A stretch of DNA of 62,760 bases, filler included, from Rhabdomonas costata (GCA_019059605.1; 50 parts of 50 records of this genome joined end to end with filler, not necessarily neighbours in it); one strand, 5' to 3'; shown: positions 36,655 through 49,034, counted from the whole stretch's first letter. Numbers and translations: made by a program. Notes: a model not told the origin generated them from the letters alone.

Positions 36655-38258
36655 GCCCGCCTTCTGTGATGCAGTGATATACTAGGCTCAAGGGCTGCTG
36701 CGTCACGGCGCGTAGCGGCACATGATCTCTGGCGGAGCGCGGGTGGGCCCTTGCCTGGGGTGAGCCCCTACCCTTTGTATCCATCTCTTCGGGCTCCCCT
36801 CCCACCATGTGTGGAAATTCAATCGACGTCATCTGAAGAATGACCCAAGGATAGACCCTTTATGCATGTGCATCAGGTAGATCGAGGCCTTTGGCCTTGT
36901 GTGAAAATGAAAACATTCGAGGAGTTCGAGGAGGTGGTGGGTGCAGGGTGGGTGAAGATACCTAACGTTGACTAATTGTCAACGTCCAACAACACTAAGC
37001 AGTTTACAGTAAACACAAGGTCCAGAGCAAACACAAGAGAAGAGCTCCTGTGAGGCGGGAAGTATGACCCCATGACCACTTTTCCTCCTCGCCTGCTCTT
37101 GGAATGGTGTGCCTGTTCCCTTGCTTCTAGGCGTTTGCCTTGCTTTTTTTTTTTGCTGTCACTGCTGTATCGTCGCGAGGGCGACTCGCCCTTTAGTAGC
37201 CTCTCCGCAGTCTACTGTGCACTGTCCCATTCGGTTAGCCTGCTGAAGAGGTGAATCTAAAAATACGCACATAATTTTTAAAAGTAAAATCTTCACGTAA
37301 AATACCATGGAATCCATGGATACCGGAAAATGAAACACCATTATGGAAGTGGCACTCCGCAAGCCTTGGTTGAGAAAACATTCTGAACAAAAGACACGGG
37401 AGTCTTTGGCCGACGCGAAGCAGGGGAGGAGAACGAGTTCGTGCAGAGGCTTTCGCTTCCTCGTTTCAGCTGCTCTCTGATTATGTCTTCACCTTCGTTT
37501 GTGTGTTTTAACTCCGTGGGAGAGCCTTGCTTGTTTGATGTGGACCGCTTCTCCAGCCAGGATTACCCTACCCTCGTCTGGTGATGCACCCTGGGCCAGT
37601 GGGCATCTTCGCAGATCCACACCACCNNNNNNNNNNNNNNNNNNNNNNNNNNNNNNNNNNNNNNNNNNNNTTAATTAATTAANNNNNNNNNNNNNNNNNN
37701 NNNNNNNNNNNNNNNNNNNNNNNNNNTGTGCTCAGGACCTGGGCTCATCTACTCTGGAGCCTAAGAACAAGAACTCTCTCATTCCCATCCCCCAAAGCGC
37801 CTTCATACCATTAACAAAATTTTCTTTTCTCTTTGCTTATTGTAATTCACTCCACACTTCTTTTTGGGGGTTTAGCGCAAAGCAGCATTTTTAAACGGGC
37901 ATCCCGAAGTTTTTCCTGCGGGGTGCTCACATGCACAATTGTGTATGATAAGTTCTCCTCTAAACTTAACCTCCAACGAAAAGGCATGAAAAAATTCGTC
38001 AAATAGATTGATGGACAGGATTCCGGCGAAGCTGGGCTGGAGTCTTTTGTTAATTCCGCACGTCTTTTCAAAGCGCTGTGTGGCTGACCCTTGGTGTTTG
38101 GATTTCCTGACCTTTCACCCTCGTCCGCGCAATGCTGCTCCCGTTGTGGCTAGGTGGTTCCGCCTGCTTTTTATGGTCCTTGTTTACTACTCCTGCGTCA
38201 CCTCCCTTCGGCTTCTGCTCTTCCCCCGCCTTCTCCGCTCCCTGTCCCCTTTTTTCAG

Positions 38259-38358
38259 GCCTTGTGTTGTTCGAGACCAGTGCGAAGACGGGGAGGAACG
38301 TGGAACCTGCTTTCCTCGGCACCGCAAGGCGCATTCTTGAGAACATTCAGAACGGGAT
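38259..38358 (+). CDS. Rab GTPase exon (Rab2/4/14 group)
   Basis: LVLFETSAKTGRNVEPAFLGTARRILENIQNG contains the G5 box ETSAK plus helix 5. TTTCAG acceptor, GTATGT donor. Confidence 0.9.
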
Positions 38359-39017
38359 GTATGTACCCCACCCCACCCCGATCTTTTTACTTCCCTCCTT
38401 TGGCTGGAGATGCTGCACACTTTGGTGTGGTGTTTTACTGTGTCGGTGCTGCCTTTGAGTGCAGGAATGGGTATGTATCAGGAGTCAGTTTTTATCGTAT
38501 TCTGGCTGTCTTGTCCAGCGGGCCACTTCTTCCTTAAATTTCTTCAGGGAGGGAGACCAGAAGTTTTAAGATTGAGGTTGGATGCTCGTTAAAGCATGGC
38601 AAAGGAAACGTGAAAACAAACGTTAAAAATCCAGGGGACCCCACAATACGAAGAAAAAACATGAACACCATCAAATCTTTAAGACGCAAAACAAAACCCC
38701 ATATCCTTGGTAGGTTACGTTTTTGGCTTTTTTGTATCGAGGGAAGGTAACGCTAAACTACACATGACAAAACTGAATGTAAGAGGCACCCTCTCCCGAG
38801 TAAAAATTGCAAGCGTTCTGGCACTTCTTGCCCGAGTGCTCTTTTTGATCCTGAGGCACCGCCCTCCCCCTGAAATCCCTTCTNNNNNNNNNNNNNNNNN
38901 NNNNNNNNNNNNNNNNNNNNNNNNNNNTTAATTAATTAANNNNNNNNNNNNNNNNNNNNNNNNNNNNNNNNNNNNNNNNNNNNTGTGAAGGGTGTGTTTG
39001 GGGGTTTGGGTATTTGC

Positions 39018-39548
39018 TCGTGGTGGTGGTGGTGGTGGTGGGCGACCCCAGGGTGGCCGTGATCACCGCCAGCGCGGCGTTGAGGGTCCCGTTCACCGCG
39101 GACTGGTACACCATGGTCAGCGCGTCCATCGCTAGGGCTTGAGTGCTGGCCAGTACGGTCATGCTGACTTGCACGCTGCCGCACGCCCAGCTCCCGCTCT
39201 GGACGAGGATGGCCTGAAAGTAGGATGGAGGGGGGGAGGGGTAGAACCCCATTTATAGTGATTTCGGATGGTTCTTCAATTTTATCGTTGAATTTCCGCA
39301 ACTCCCGATTTGAAATTGTTTAAGTCGAAGCACACAATATCGAGTGGAGTGTACCGACCAAAAAAGCGTCCCAGAAGCGCGCAGAAGACGCAAACGCGAA
39401 CAAACATCGCCATATGCCGCGAAAAAAGACCAGCTATAACCAGCGCAGACACCCAAACCACATGGACAAAACAGCGCACCGCCTGGGGGACACCAGTATT
39501 GGCCGCAACAATCGAGCGGAACATGTCCTGGCTGAAGGTGCCACAGTC
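39018..39548 (-). CDS. Surface protein with SEA-like module and poly-Thr, exons 39480-39548 and ~39018-39213
   Basis: Phase-0 splice gives DCGTFSQDMFRSIVAANTGVPQA|AILVQSGSWACGSVQVSMTV...GSPTTTTTTT. A further upstream exon is likely near 39950-40075. Confidence 0.6.
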
Positions 39549-40740
39549 CTAAGAAAGCACATGGCAGGGGCCTGCAGTATGACGCGAAGGTCTACAAAGC
39601 CTACGACAAAGCGTGTCGGCTAACAACACTGCAGATCTGTCCCAAATAAACGTAATTGGTCATACGGGATCGCGCTCGCAATGCACCAGACCGGATCCCC
39701 CCCCCCCAAAAAAAAAGTCACCCACAGAACAGGGGTTGCCCGCTTCCAAACTCAGGCCCGAAAACCAACTCACAGAATCTCTTACTTGGAATACTGAGTC
39801 CTCTGTCGTGCCGCACGGCGGACGGCTGAGGTTAAAGGTTCGCTTTCGCGGCGATCTCATAAGATCCCTTTTCTTTCACTTTAAGATGGCGTGGAGATAC
39901 CGCAGGCGAAAGCGCAACGTACCTTCCCCATTGTCAGGGTAAGGTATTGCCCCGCCTCTACTGTCAGCGGGCCAATAATGTTCAGGGAGACATGACACAC
40001 TGGCAGCCCTCCTGAGACCAGGGCGCTCAGTCCCGCAGTGCAGCTGTAGGTGCCCAGGCTCGCCAAGCTCGTGTCTGCAAGAGAAAGGGGGGTACGTCTC
40101 AATTAACGAAAGAGCAAGAGTGCCTGGGATAAACCCACACNNNNNNNNNNNNNNNNNNNNNNNNNNNNNNNNNNNNNNNNNNNNTTAATTAATTAANNNN
40201 NNNNNNNNNNNNNNNNNNNNNNNNNNNNNNNNNNNNNNNNTTTTTGGCGGGGGGGGGCGTTGAGCTGTGTCAACTACCTCCATATGAATTTTTTGTTAGT
40301 GTTTGTTTGCTCGGTGTTTCTGGGTGCCGTGTTCTTTCTGAGTTTGATCCCTCCCCCCTCCTCGCCAACCTCGCCTTGCGCAATCGCTTACCACAGTTCT
40401 CCGCCACATGGGAGGACAGGAAACCATGTTCTCATACAACGGGTGCGGGGCTCAGAGGCAACCAAAATGGCCGCGCTTGAGCTCCGGCAGGAAACGACAC
40501 AACACGTTGCGGCAGAACAGCAGCAGCACGGAAGAAATAGACACAACTTATCAACAGCACAGCACTGACACAAGAAACACAACAAGAAGCAAGTCGAAAA
40601 GCGTGTCCCCGGAAGCCGGAACAAAAACGGCTCTGGGGGTCGCCGACAAAGGTCCTTCACGAGGGCGGAAACACACATCCCACCACAACTTCACGTACTC
40701 GGGCAGTTGGAGCCCAGATGCAAGTCACCGCTCCACTCAC

Positions 40741-40966
40741 AGCGCGTTGAAGCACTGAAGGAGGGTTTCTGTGTACTGCAGCTCCTGGGCCGCGTGCAGA
40801 GCGGCCTCCCTGCGCTGAACCTCTCGGGGTGGAACCCGAGTGGGTGAAGGGAAGCTGCCGCCCGCAGGGGGCGACTCAGCCCCACAGTAACAGCACGGGG
40901 GAGAAGCAGGCAGTGGGGCCACTGGGGAAGGGGCAGTGGCCGCTACGCCGATGCCTGCCTGACGCC
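40741..40966 (-). CDS. Internal exon, unknown protein
   Basis: TTTTCAG acceptor, GTGAGT donor. Reads ...PPREVQRREAALHAAQELQYTETLLQCFNA. Confidence 0.5.
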
Positions 40967-41900
40967 CTGAAAAAATCGAATGGCGCAAAGAGCCATCACT
41001 TCGCAATGCCATGGCTCATGTCTCGAGGTCAATGAAGTAGTCGCTGCAAAGTTAAGCTCGCACAGTGGCCTTTCCTCCAAGTTTGAGGAAGCTGGCAGTA
41101 CGTTGCAGATAAGGGTAGTCTCTGTCTAAGAGGGGTAAGGCCACTTAACCCATTTGCTCTTGGAATTCCATCACAAATCCTGACCAGTCGTGCACTTCGG
41201 TACGTTCATTGTTAAACCTTCACGTAACGCGACTTAACAGGATGGTTTTGCACCCCCTTCCCATCCCACCACTATTACCTCTAATACACGCGCTCAAACC
41301 CCTGCAAGCCTTCCCGGTGACAAAGCAAAGCGAAAAAGCGTTTGCAAACACTTAAAAACGTGGTTGAACCTTTGGCAACACTCCTCGCAGAAAAACCNNN
41401 NNNNNNNNNNNNNNNNNNNNNNNNNNNNNNNNNNNNNNNNNTTAATTAATTAANNNNNNNNNNNNNNNNNNNNNNNNNNNNNNNNNNNNNNNNNNNNTGT
41501 GGTTTGGTACCGTTAAATGGTTTCTGAGGAGCCAGCAATAGTTCAGGGGCAGAGTCCGCGGTGCGGCCGGAGCGGGAAGCTGAGGCGGGGTTCGAAGTGG
41601 GCGGATTCAACTTCATTATGTTCTTTCTCTGCTTTACCAACACCACACAGTTAACACCGCGAAACGCTCGAATTTCTCTAAATTTGCAGTGCTGCTGTTT
41701 TCCGAGCAAAGGGATAGGTCTCGACAATGGGGTTATGTTTCCGATTTATTGACCCTCTCCCCCGTCACACTTATTTGTGCGATAGCCTCCACTGGCACGT
41801 ATTTAATGGTATTAAATGCGAAAGCGCCAGAGCTAACCGAATCACTCTGACGTGTCAACGTGGACAGGCATGGAAGCAGGAAGACCTGGACAAAGGCAGG

Positions 41901-42026
41901 CCCGTAGGAACCCCATCCAGGGCTCGTAGGGCCCTGTCCAGAGCCCTCGCAGGGTGCCGTCCTTGCAGTCGTAGAACGCGAGCTGGTCCTTGGAGTCCTC
42001 CTCGCCGACGTTCACCGTGCGTCCCG
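41901..42026 (-). CDS. Internal exon, unknown protein
   Basis: GRTVNVGEEDSKDQLAFYDCKDGTLRGLWTGPYEPWMGFLR with near-all GC3 codons. The donor is uncertain and may be GC. Confidence 0.5.
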
Positions 42027-42995
42027 CTGACCGAGGAGAAGAAAAGTTGTGATAGAAATTCGGATACCATAGAGAACCCTTTCACTTGAATGCAAGTACT
42101 CTCATAATGATCCGAAAAACCTGTGTGCCGATAACATGCTGTGAGGAAGACGGTAACCTGAACTAAAAACATCTTCGAATTCATTTGATGTCTTCTCCCG
42201 CCCTTAATACTTTCGTGCGGCTAGCTCTACCTTCCCAATTGCTGAAGTTCTCACCTTCCCATACCCCGTTAACCAACCACAAAAAAGCCAAAAGAATGTT
42301 CTTGGAGGAAATCAGATTCGCAGGAGTTCCACGAGACCAACTGAAAATCAGGAGGTCGGCAGGCTGCTCGCGGCCATTTTCTTTTACTCTTGTGTCCAAC
42401 AGAAGGGTAAAAGGTCCCCATACTCGCTGTTGTCGTGGGAACGTCTGCACAAACCTATCGTGACCTTTTCATGCAGGAGTTTTCGACCGAGAGTGTCCCT
42501 TCTATGAGGGTATCCTTATTCCTATAATTCCCCATAGGGAAGTGTCCACCGCAATATCTTGTCTCAGGTGTTGATACCTCAAAACCCAGGGCCCATAAAA
42601 ATGCGCTCACTCTCTCTGTAACCTGCGACGACAACCCCCCACACCCCACCNNNNNNNNNNNNNNNNNNNNNNNNNNNNNNNNNNNNNNNNNNNNTTAATT
42701 AATTAANNNNNNNNNNNNNNNNNNNNNNNNNNNNNNNNNNNNNNNNNNNNGAGTTCAAAAAAGAAACAAATAACACTGCAGACTAATGTCTTTGCACCCT
42801 TGCCGCCGCAGTGGAAAAAAATTAGGAAAAAGTGGTGGTGGGGGACGAATTGTTTCAGAAAGGGTCAAAGCCAAAATGAACAGCTTGAAATGAAATCAAA
42901 TATTAGAGCTGCCTCACACATTTCCCTACGGAGTTAAATCCTCAATAAAACACAAAAACACAAAAACACAAAAAGTCGCGATCTGCAGAGCACAC

Positions 42996-43775
42996 CTGGT
43001 AGCACTCCCGGTTCCAGCAGGCGGTGCAGCGGCAACTTGGGAGTCGACCACGGGAGGGGAGAGCGCTGCGGAGGAACCGGGAACTGGGACAGCACCCGAC
43101 TCTTCCTGCGTTTTTCTGGCTTCTTCTTCGCGTCTCTGGATCACAAAAATATGCGGACCGAAAACCATGAGTAGTCGAAATAACTGAAATGAGGAGGAAT
43201 GAAGACTAATTATAAGGGAATAACTCACAGGGGCTTAAGCCGAAGCACAGGAAACGGCAGCCAAGCAATGCAGACCCGCTTTTCCGTGACAAAAGCTTTG
43301 ATTTTCTTCACCTTCTTCTCGACGTCCTTCGCAGAAAGGATGGGCATCTTGCACTTTTGCATTTGCAACAGCCAGTCGTTAAACTCACCCTGCAATGGAA
43401 GATACATTCCTGGTCGCTCACACTATTAACATCTTCACAGCTGGTGCTACACCCGTCATTCTCAAATCAACCCCTCTCTCTGACCTGTATCGCGTACGCT
43501 TTCTTTTCCTTCTATTTTCTCTGCTCACGAATCTGCCACCCCAATTTTCACTTTCTTTTCCCCTCCCTTATCTGTTTCCTTTTCCTTGCTGACACCCAGC
43601 AATGCTGAAGTGTTCTTCCTTTAAAAAAAAGCGTACAAATTGCTTACCTCTGTGAAATCGGAATTGGAAATGTAGTCCATCTTGAAGGTTTTCATTACAT
43701 TTCCAAACTCAAGCTGCAGCTGCCTGTTGGTCGCTCCTTCACCAAAAGGATAGCTCTGGTCGGATTCAGCAAGCC
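42996..43775 (-). CDS. RTF1: Plus3-domain protein (RTF1-like), exons 43648-43775, 43276-43389, 42996-43135
   Basis: Spliced YPFGEGATNRQLQLEFGNVMKTFKMDYISNSDFTE|GEFNDW...SAKDVEKKVKKIK matches the C-terminal half of Plus3 (TNxxLxLxxG...FxxxxxSNxxFTxxEFxxW). Phase-consistent GT-AG introns. Confidence 0.85.
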
Positions 43776-44008
43776 CTGCAGAAAATAAAAACAGGAACTG
43801 GAAGCTCTTCATCACATAACTGTGTGTCATGAGAAACAAAAATGATGGCAAATACCCTTGACAACACAAATTCTGTACACCCGAACTCCTTTCTTCTCAC
43901 AGACAATNNNNNNNNNNNNNNNNNNNNNNNNNNNNNNNNNNNNNNNNNNNNTTAATTAATTAANNNNNNNNNNNNNNNNNNNNNNNNNNNNNNNNNNNNN
44001 NNNNNNNG

Positions 44009-44098
44009 GGTGTGGGGCTGTTGTACTTTTTTCGAGTGTTTAACGGCGTTAAACGATTAACGCCCCCCTTCCCAAAAAAAGTACAACAGCCCCGCACC
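44009..44098. mobile_element. 90-bp MITE-like element with 24-bp terminal inverted repeats
   Basis: GGTGTGGGGCTGTTGTACTTTTTT ... AAAAAAGTACAACAGCCCCGCACC (1 mismatch), enclosing the palindrome GTTTAACGGCGTTAAAC. Confidence 0.7.
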
Positions 44099-45264
44099 TT
44101 GAGGCACAGTTCGGGAACAACTACAGACATATGTTTACACTTTGCTTTATCGTGATTCCCTGGATTCCAGCGTGAGACGATGGGCGAAATCCCCTGTGTT
44201 CGACTCCAGCGCAATATTTGGCGACGAAGGTCCCCCAAGATTCCAGGGTGGGCCCCATGTACAGCGCCAAACGTATGTGTGGCATTTATACTTGACACCA
44301 ACGTTAGACTTGGTCCATCGAGGCTTATTGGTCCGACGAAAACAAAACGGCTGCCAACTTAAAATTCCCAGGCTAGGTCGACATGATTCACTGTGCATGT
44401 CAGTTACGTATTTTCGCGGAGAGCTCAATGCAAAGTTTGCGCCCATCCTCCCGTCGTGAGACAAACCTCGCGCAGACCGAGCCGCTCCACGATCTGAAAA
44501 GAGAAAGATACCCATACACCAAACCATTCAAGCGATTCAACACCCCTCACCACCACTCACCCAAACCGGCCAAAAGACTTATAGCAAGCCTTTGCACGCA
44601 CTACGCATACGCGTACCTCCACGAGCACCACGAGCGGCCGAGGCAGACTCTGGAGAAACAAGAGAGAAAAAAACACACGAGAATCAGGCAGGGGGAATAA
44701 GGCCAGAAACCACAAGAAACCCGGACAAGGAAGCACGGTGACCGAAAACTCCACAAAGAATGCAACTCTACGGAGGGCAAAGATTGATGCACGCAGATGC
44801 GACCTTCCATCTCCTGCAGCGTGGGATCGCGGATGCCCTGGAGGGCTTCGTGCACCTCCTATCAAAAGGATAAAAGACAACCTCTCCCAACGCACCACCA
44901 CCCCACACACAAACCTGCAGAACAACCACATAAGCATTGAGTAAGCAAAGGGAAAGCTAGCTGATTCTTACTGCATCGACATATTTGAGGACAGAATAGC
45001 TCAAGAGGCGACGCAACGCAATGCAAAGGATAGCAGATGGCACGCGATGGTGGAGAGGCATGGTGCCTAAGCCTGTGGGCAAGAGCACAATCCTAGAAAT
45101 AATATATAGAAACCCAAAAATCTAACCGGCAATTCGCACCCACAAACCCAAACACACCCACCACNNNNNNNNNNNNNNNNNNNNNNNNNNNNNNNNNNNN
45201 NNNNNNNNTTAATTAATTAANNNNNNNNNNNNNNNNNNNNNNNNNNNNNNNNNNNNNNNNNNNN

Positions 45265-45760
45265 GTTTTTTGGGTAGTGGTCTCCACAAGCGATATGGCA
45301 GATTCCTCCAAACACCTTTTCATTGCCCCTGAGCTTTGAAAGAAGAATGTCCATTGCATACAGCAGCTTCGCCACAACTTGAGCAAATTCGTCCACGAGG
45401 AGAACGTGGAGCTCTTGTAACATTCTCTTTTGAATGGGTTGTGATGCCAAGGTTTGAATAGATTATCCTGCCAAGTAAGCCGCGGATTTTTCTCTTTGCT
45501 TGTCAACTCTGAAGCCAAAAAGAAGATGGATATGAACATCACCAAGCTTCGCCGCTCAAAGTGCAGAAAGCGAAACCATGTTCCACGTTAGGTTCCACTT
45601 TGACTGCAAGGTGCGACATATATCGGAACGAATGTGCGCTTTGACAGCGGGGCGACGAAGGGCATGCTGCCGAAGGCTGAAGTGCAGTCAAGCAGAGGTA
45701 TCAAGTGATGCAGCAGGGCTGTCTTTGCTCGCTCCAGCTCGTCCCAGGATGCGTCAGATT
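45265..45760 (-). pseudogene. PIF1-family (SF1B) helicase pseudogene, possibly transposon-borne
   Basis: One frame with internal stops contains ILGRAGASK (decayed Walker A), AAKLGDVHIHLLFG (motif Ib), LLVDEFAQV (Walker B) and D...LRGNEKVFGGICHIACGD (PFGG/GD motif). No introns seen. Confidence 0.85.
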
Positions 45761-46844
45761 GACCTTTACCACGGTGCCACCCGGAACAGAGGGGAAACCG
45801 CTTGTATGGCCGACAGACATTCAGTGGCTTCCTTTTATTGCTTGATGTGGAAATAGAAGATGTCATCTTCACTGATGGGACATGACATGGTAAAGCGATC
45901 GACGTTTGAAATGCTTTCCCATGTAGATCTAAATATCGACTTGAAGCCACAAGTCCAGTAATGGAGACGATGTCCAAAGTCTGAAAAAAAAATGGATAAA
46001 ATGTTGAGAGGGCACCGCCTGGCGTGATCCAAGGTGTAGCGAAACAGAGTCATCAAAGACTGTCGAGCGGATTGCGTTCTGAACGGTCCACGCTGCCACT
46101 TGGTAAGGCAAATAACTAGGAGAGACTAATATCATCTTCGTAGTCAAAAAAGCGCTGAAATACAAGACAATTTCACAGGAAACGGTGGATTGTCCAGCAC
46201 TGCGCATTGGATAAACGCAGGTAAAAGTTCTTCCGTCCCAAGTCTGTTAAAAAGGTCACAGAGGCCCTTCACGTTGCGCGGGACGGTTTTTCTTAGCTTA
46301 ATCCAAATTCAGCGGAGGTCAAAAAGACCTTTTTTATTCCAGTCCAGGATGAAATCATGGTTCACTGCTTGGCTGGAGAAGTGACCAAAACCGCCGGAGA
46401 GTAATATTCGTCCAAAAAACANNNNNNNNNNNNNNNNNNNNNNNNNNNNNNNNNNNNNNNNNNNNTTAATTAATTAANNNNNNNNNNNNNNNNNNNNNNN
46501 NNNNNNNNNNNNNNNNNNNNNACCTAATTTGACTTGGGGGGGGGTCAAGGTTTAACTTACCCCCTGAACCAAAATTACGGGGGTGGAGCATGGTATAGCT
46601 AAGCTGTGGGTGCGCTAAGTATAGTGGTGGAGCGTTAAGCAAAATGTGCCCAAAAACCTAAGCGAGCGGCAAAAGTACGGATTAGCAAGAAAGTCTTCTT
46701 TTTCTCTTCTTCAGCGAAACAAACCTGCACACGAAGCGAAGCATTTCGCCATATAAACAGCACGAATTGTAAGTCTTGTTAACCGCAGGAACATAGCCAA
46801 GCCAACTCACTCCAACAGCGCGAAAAAAAAAGGGGGGGGGACAC

Positions 46845-46928
46845 CTCGATGCCCTTCTTCTTGAACTGCTCATAGTAAGGCGAAGCCAGGGCAGTCTCCC
46901 GGGAGGGGTGGTACAGGAAGTAGATTTT
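46845..46928 (-). CDS. TRAP1: HSP90-family (TRAP1/HSP75-type) middle-domain exon
   Basis: KIYFLYHPSRETALASPYYEQFKKKGIE matches IYYLxxPxRxxAxxSPYYExxKKKxxEV. Exact 28-codon exon, TTCAG acceptor, GTGTCC donor. Confidence 0.85.
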
Positions 46929-47146
46929 CTGAAGAAAAAATAAAAAACGCCCCAAAAGCTCTCCAAAGAACCAAGGTTCACATGATGCTGTTATGATCAG
47001 GAATGAGTATATCGAAATTTTTTCGACTTCCTCAAAATTTAGATACAGAGGATCACAGTGCAAAAGACGAGGAGATTTTACAGCACTTTTTTTTCGTTTG
47101 CTTGCAAAACAGGTGTTTCGCTTCATTCGAATGTGTGCGCGTTTGT

Positions 47147-47585
47147 GGGACAATTGTATTGGGGGAGGGGGCCTTAAACGTTTAACGGCGTTAAACATTT
47201 CGAACATTGTGGATACATTGGAACAACATCAGTTTAGGGGCGAACGCCAGCCCCCGGCGCGGCAGGAGCGGACGGATGTGGCGGGGACGTGCCATGGGGG
47301 GGTCTTGCAAACATTTGACTTTTGCTGGCCTTAAACGTTTAACACCGTTAAATGGTTAAAAAAATATTGCTCCCCAAAAAAGCCATTTTCTCAGCACGGG
47401 GCTTAGGTTAGCTGTCCTGTACTCACTAGATGATGTTATTTTAGCGAAAGGAAGTTAGGTTTACTGTTCTACTGCTCCCTATATGCCGATTTTTTAAGTT
47501 TAAAGAAATGCCGACTGTTTAACGGTGTTACCGGTTTCGCACGCACGCACACACACACACACACCAAAACATACAACAGCCCCTG
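47147..47585. mobile_element. ~440-bp longer member of the MITE-like family, in a probable TRAP1 intron
   Basis: Decayed left end GGGACAATTGTA and right end TACAACAGCCCCTG. Palindromes at 47181-47195, 47338-47352 and 47518-47530. The first 60 bp align with the reverse complement of 44009-44098. Confidence 0.65.
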
Positions 47586-48077
47586 TTTTTGCGACGAAAA
47601 GACGGAGAGGAAACGGCGCGCAGAGGAGAGGACTGGGTTGGAATGTTCATAAGCAAAATACAAGCAACAAGAAACAANNNNNNNNNNNNNNNNNNNNNNN
47701 NNNNNNNNNNNNNNNNNNNNNTTAATTAATTAANNNNNNNNNNNNNNNNNNNNNNNNNNNNNNNNNNNNNNNNNNNNGTTGGTTTTGAAAATTTGACGGA
47801 GCTAAAGACTCAATGAATCCCCTTTCATAATTTGTCCCTGAGATTTGAAAGGGGGGAGGGGTTTGCGCAAATGGATGAACCTGGAAAAATAGCTCCAAGG
47901 TTGTGGGTGGGCGGAAGGTGAGATGGCCAGACAGGATAAGGATACGGAAGGGAGAAGGGTCCCCAGCTGTTGAATATGGTGGAACGGGAGGACAAACGTA
48001 TCTTGCCATTCCACAGGTCCAAAGCCGTGAGAGGTTGCAAAAGTGATGACGGACGAAGACAGGTAGTGGGTGCTGAC

Positions 48078-48625
48078 CTGACTTTTGATGAACTGCTTGT
48101 CCAGCATGAGCCAATAGGAGTATAGCGAGGGATCCCGCAGAAGCACGTCCACACAACGCGCACGCTTTGCGGAAGTTCGGCGGCCGGGCTAAAAAAGGAA
48201 ACGAAGCAGATGCAAACACCAACAAACAGTGCAAAGGGCAAACATAACACGTCATATCCTAAAGCGCTTTCCCAAACGTTTTTTGCATTTCCCCAGCAGC
48301 CATCCTGTTAACGCACGGAAAGTACTGAACAATCCTATCCAGAAACAATATTCATCCCAGTGGCGCAAACGCATGCACGCACGATGATTAAAGCCATCAG
48401 TTCAGGCAAAAACGAGCGCACAAGGAACTGCGCGCTCGGCAAGGATGGCAAGGAAGATACGAAGGGCAACCTGTGCCGCCCTGCAGCCTGGGCTCTGCTT
48501 ATCTTTCGCAGCTCCAGGCAGGGATGGAGGGTACCCAAACTCGCTCCGGAGGGCACGGTCAAAGGCAAGGATCTCGCTCACGTATGTGCTAAAAAGCGCT
48601 CCGCGGTGCTCCTCGGCAAGAGTCG
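48078..48625 (-). CDS. RINT1: RINT1/TIP20-family protein, exons 48471-48625 and 48078-48188
   Basis: LFSTYVSEILAFDRALRSEFGYP...CVDVLLRDPSLYSYWLMLDKQFIKSQ resembles RINT1 (ExLxFxRxLxxxxGYP...CxxxL...WLxxExxF). Phase-0 intron. Confidence 0.72.
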
Positions 48626-48810
48626 CTAAATCCTTAGAAAGGACGGCGCGCGCGATGAAAGAGAGAGAGAGACAGACAGAGAACGGGTCCCATTGATGTT
48701 GGGGGAGCGGTGGTGGTGGCACCGCTCACTAGTGGTAACAGAAAACTGATTAAAATTGTTCAGATAGCTGATACAAGCACCTATGAAATGACTTTATTCC
48801 TTTATTACTT

Positions 48811-48908
48811 TAGTGTTAGGGTGACCTGCACCAGTGTTCCCTAGCAACCCTCCCTTTAACGCTGGACATTCACTGCCTAGTGTTAGGGTGACCTGCACCA
48901 GTGTTCCC
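48811..48908. repeat. 31-bp direct repeat, 67-bp period
   Basis: TAGTGTTAGGGTGACCTGCACCAGTGTTCCC at 48811 and 48878. Confidence 0.9.
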
Positions 48909-49034
48909 CACCAACCCCCACACACACCAACACANNNNNNNNNNNNNNNNNNNNNNNNNNNNNNNNNNNNNNNNNNNNTTAATTAATTAANNNNNNNNNN
49001 NNNNNNNNNNNNNNNNNNNNNNNNNNNNNNNNNN

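Noticed and set aside
45265..45760. Stop-codon reassignment to explain in-frame stops
   Set aside because: The stops are mixed TAA and TGA, the motifs are decayed, and conserved host exons have no internal stops. Pseudogene decay is simpler.
48811..48908. TTAGGG within the direct repeat as a telomere
   Set aside because: Only one hexamer per unit, with no tandem array.
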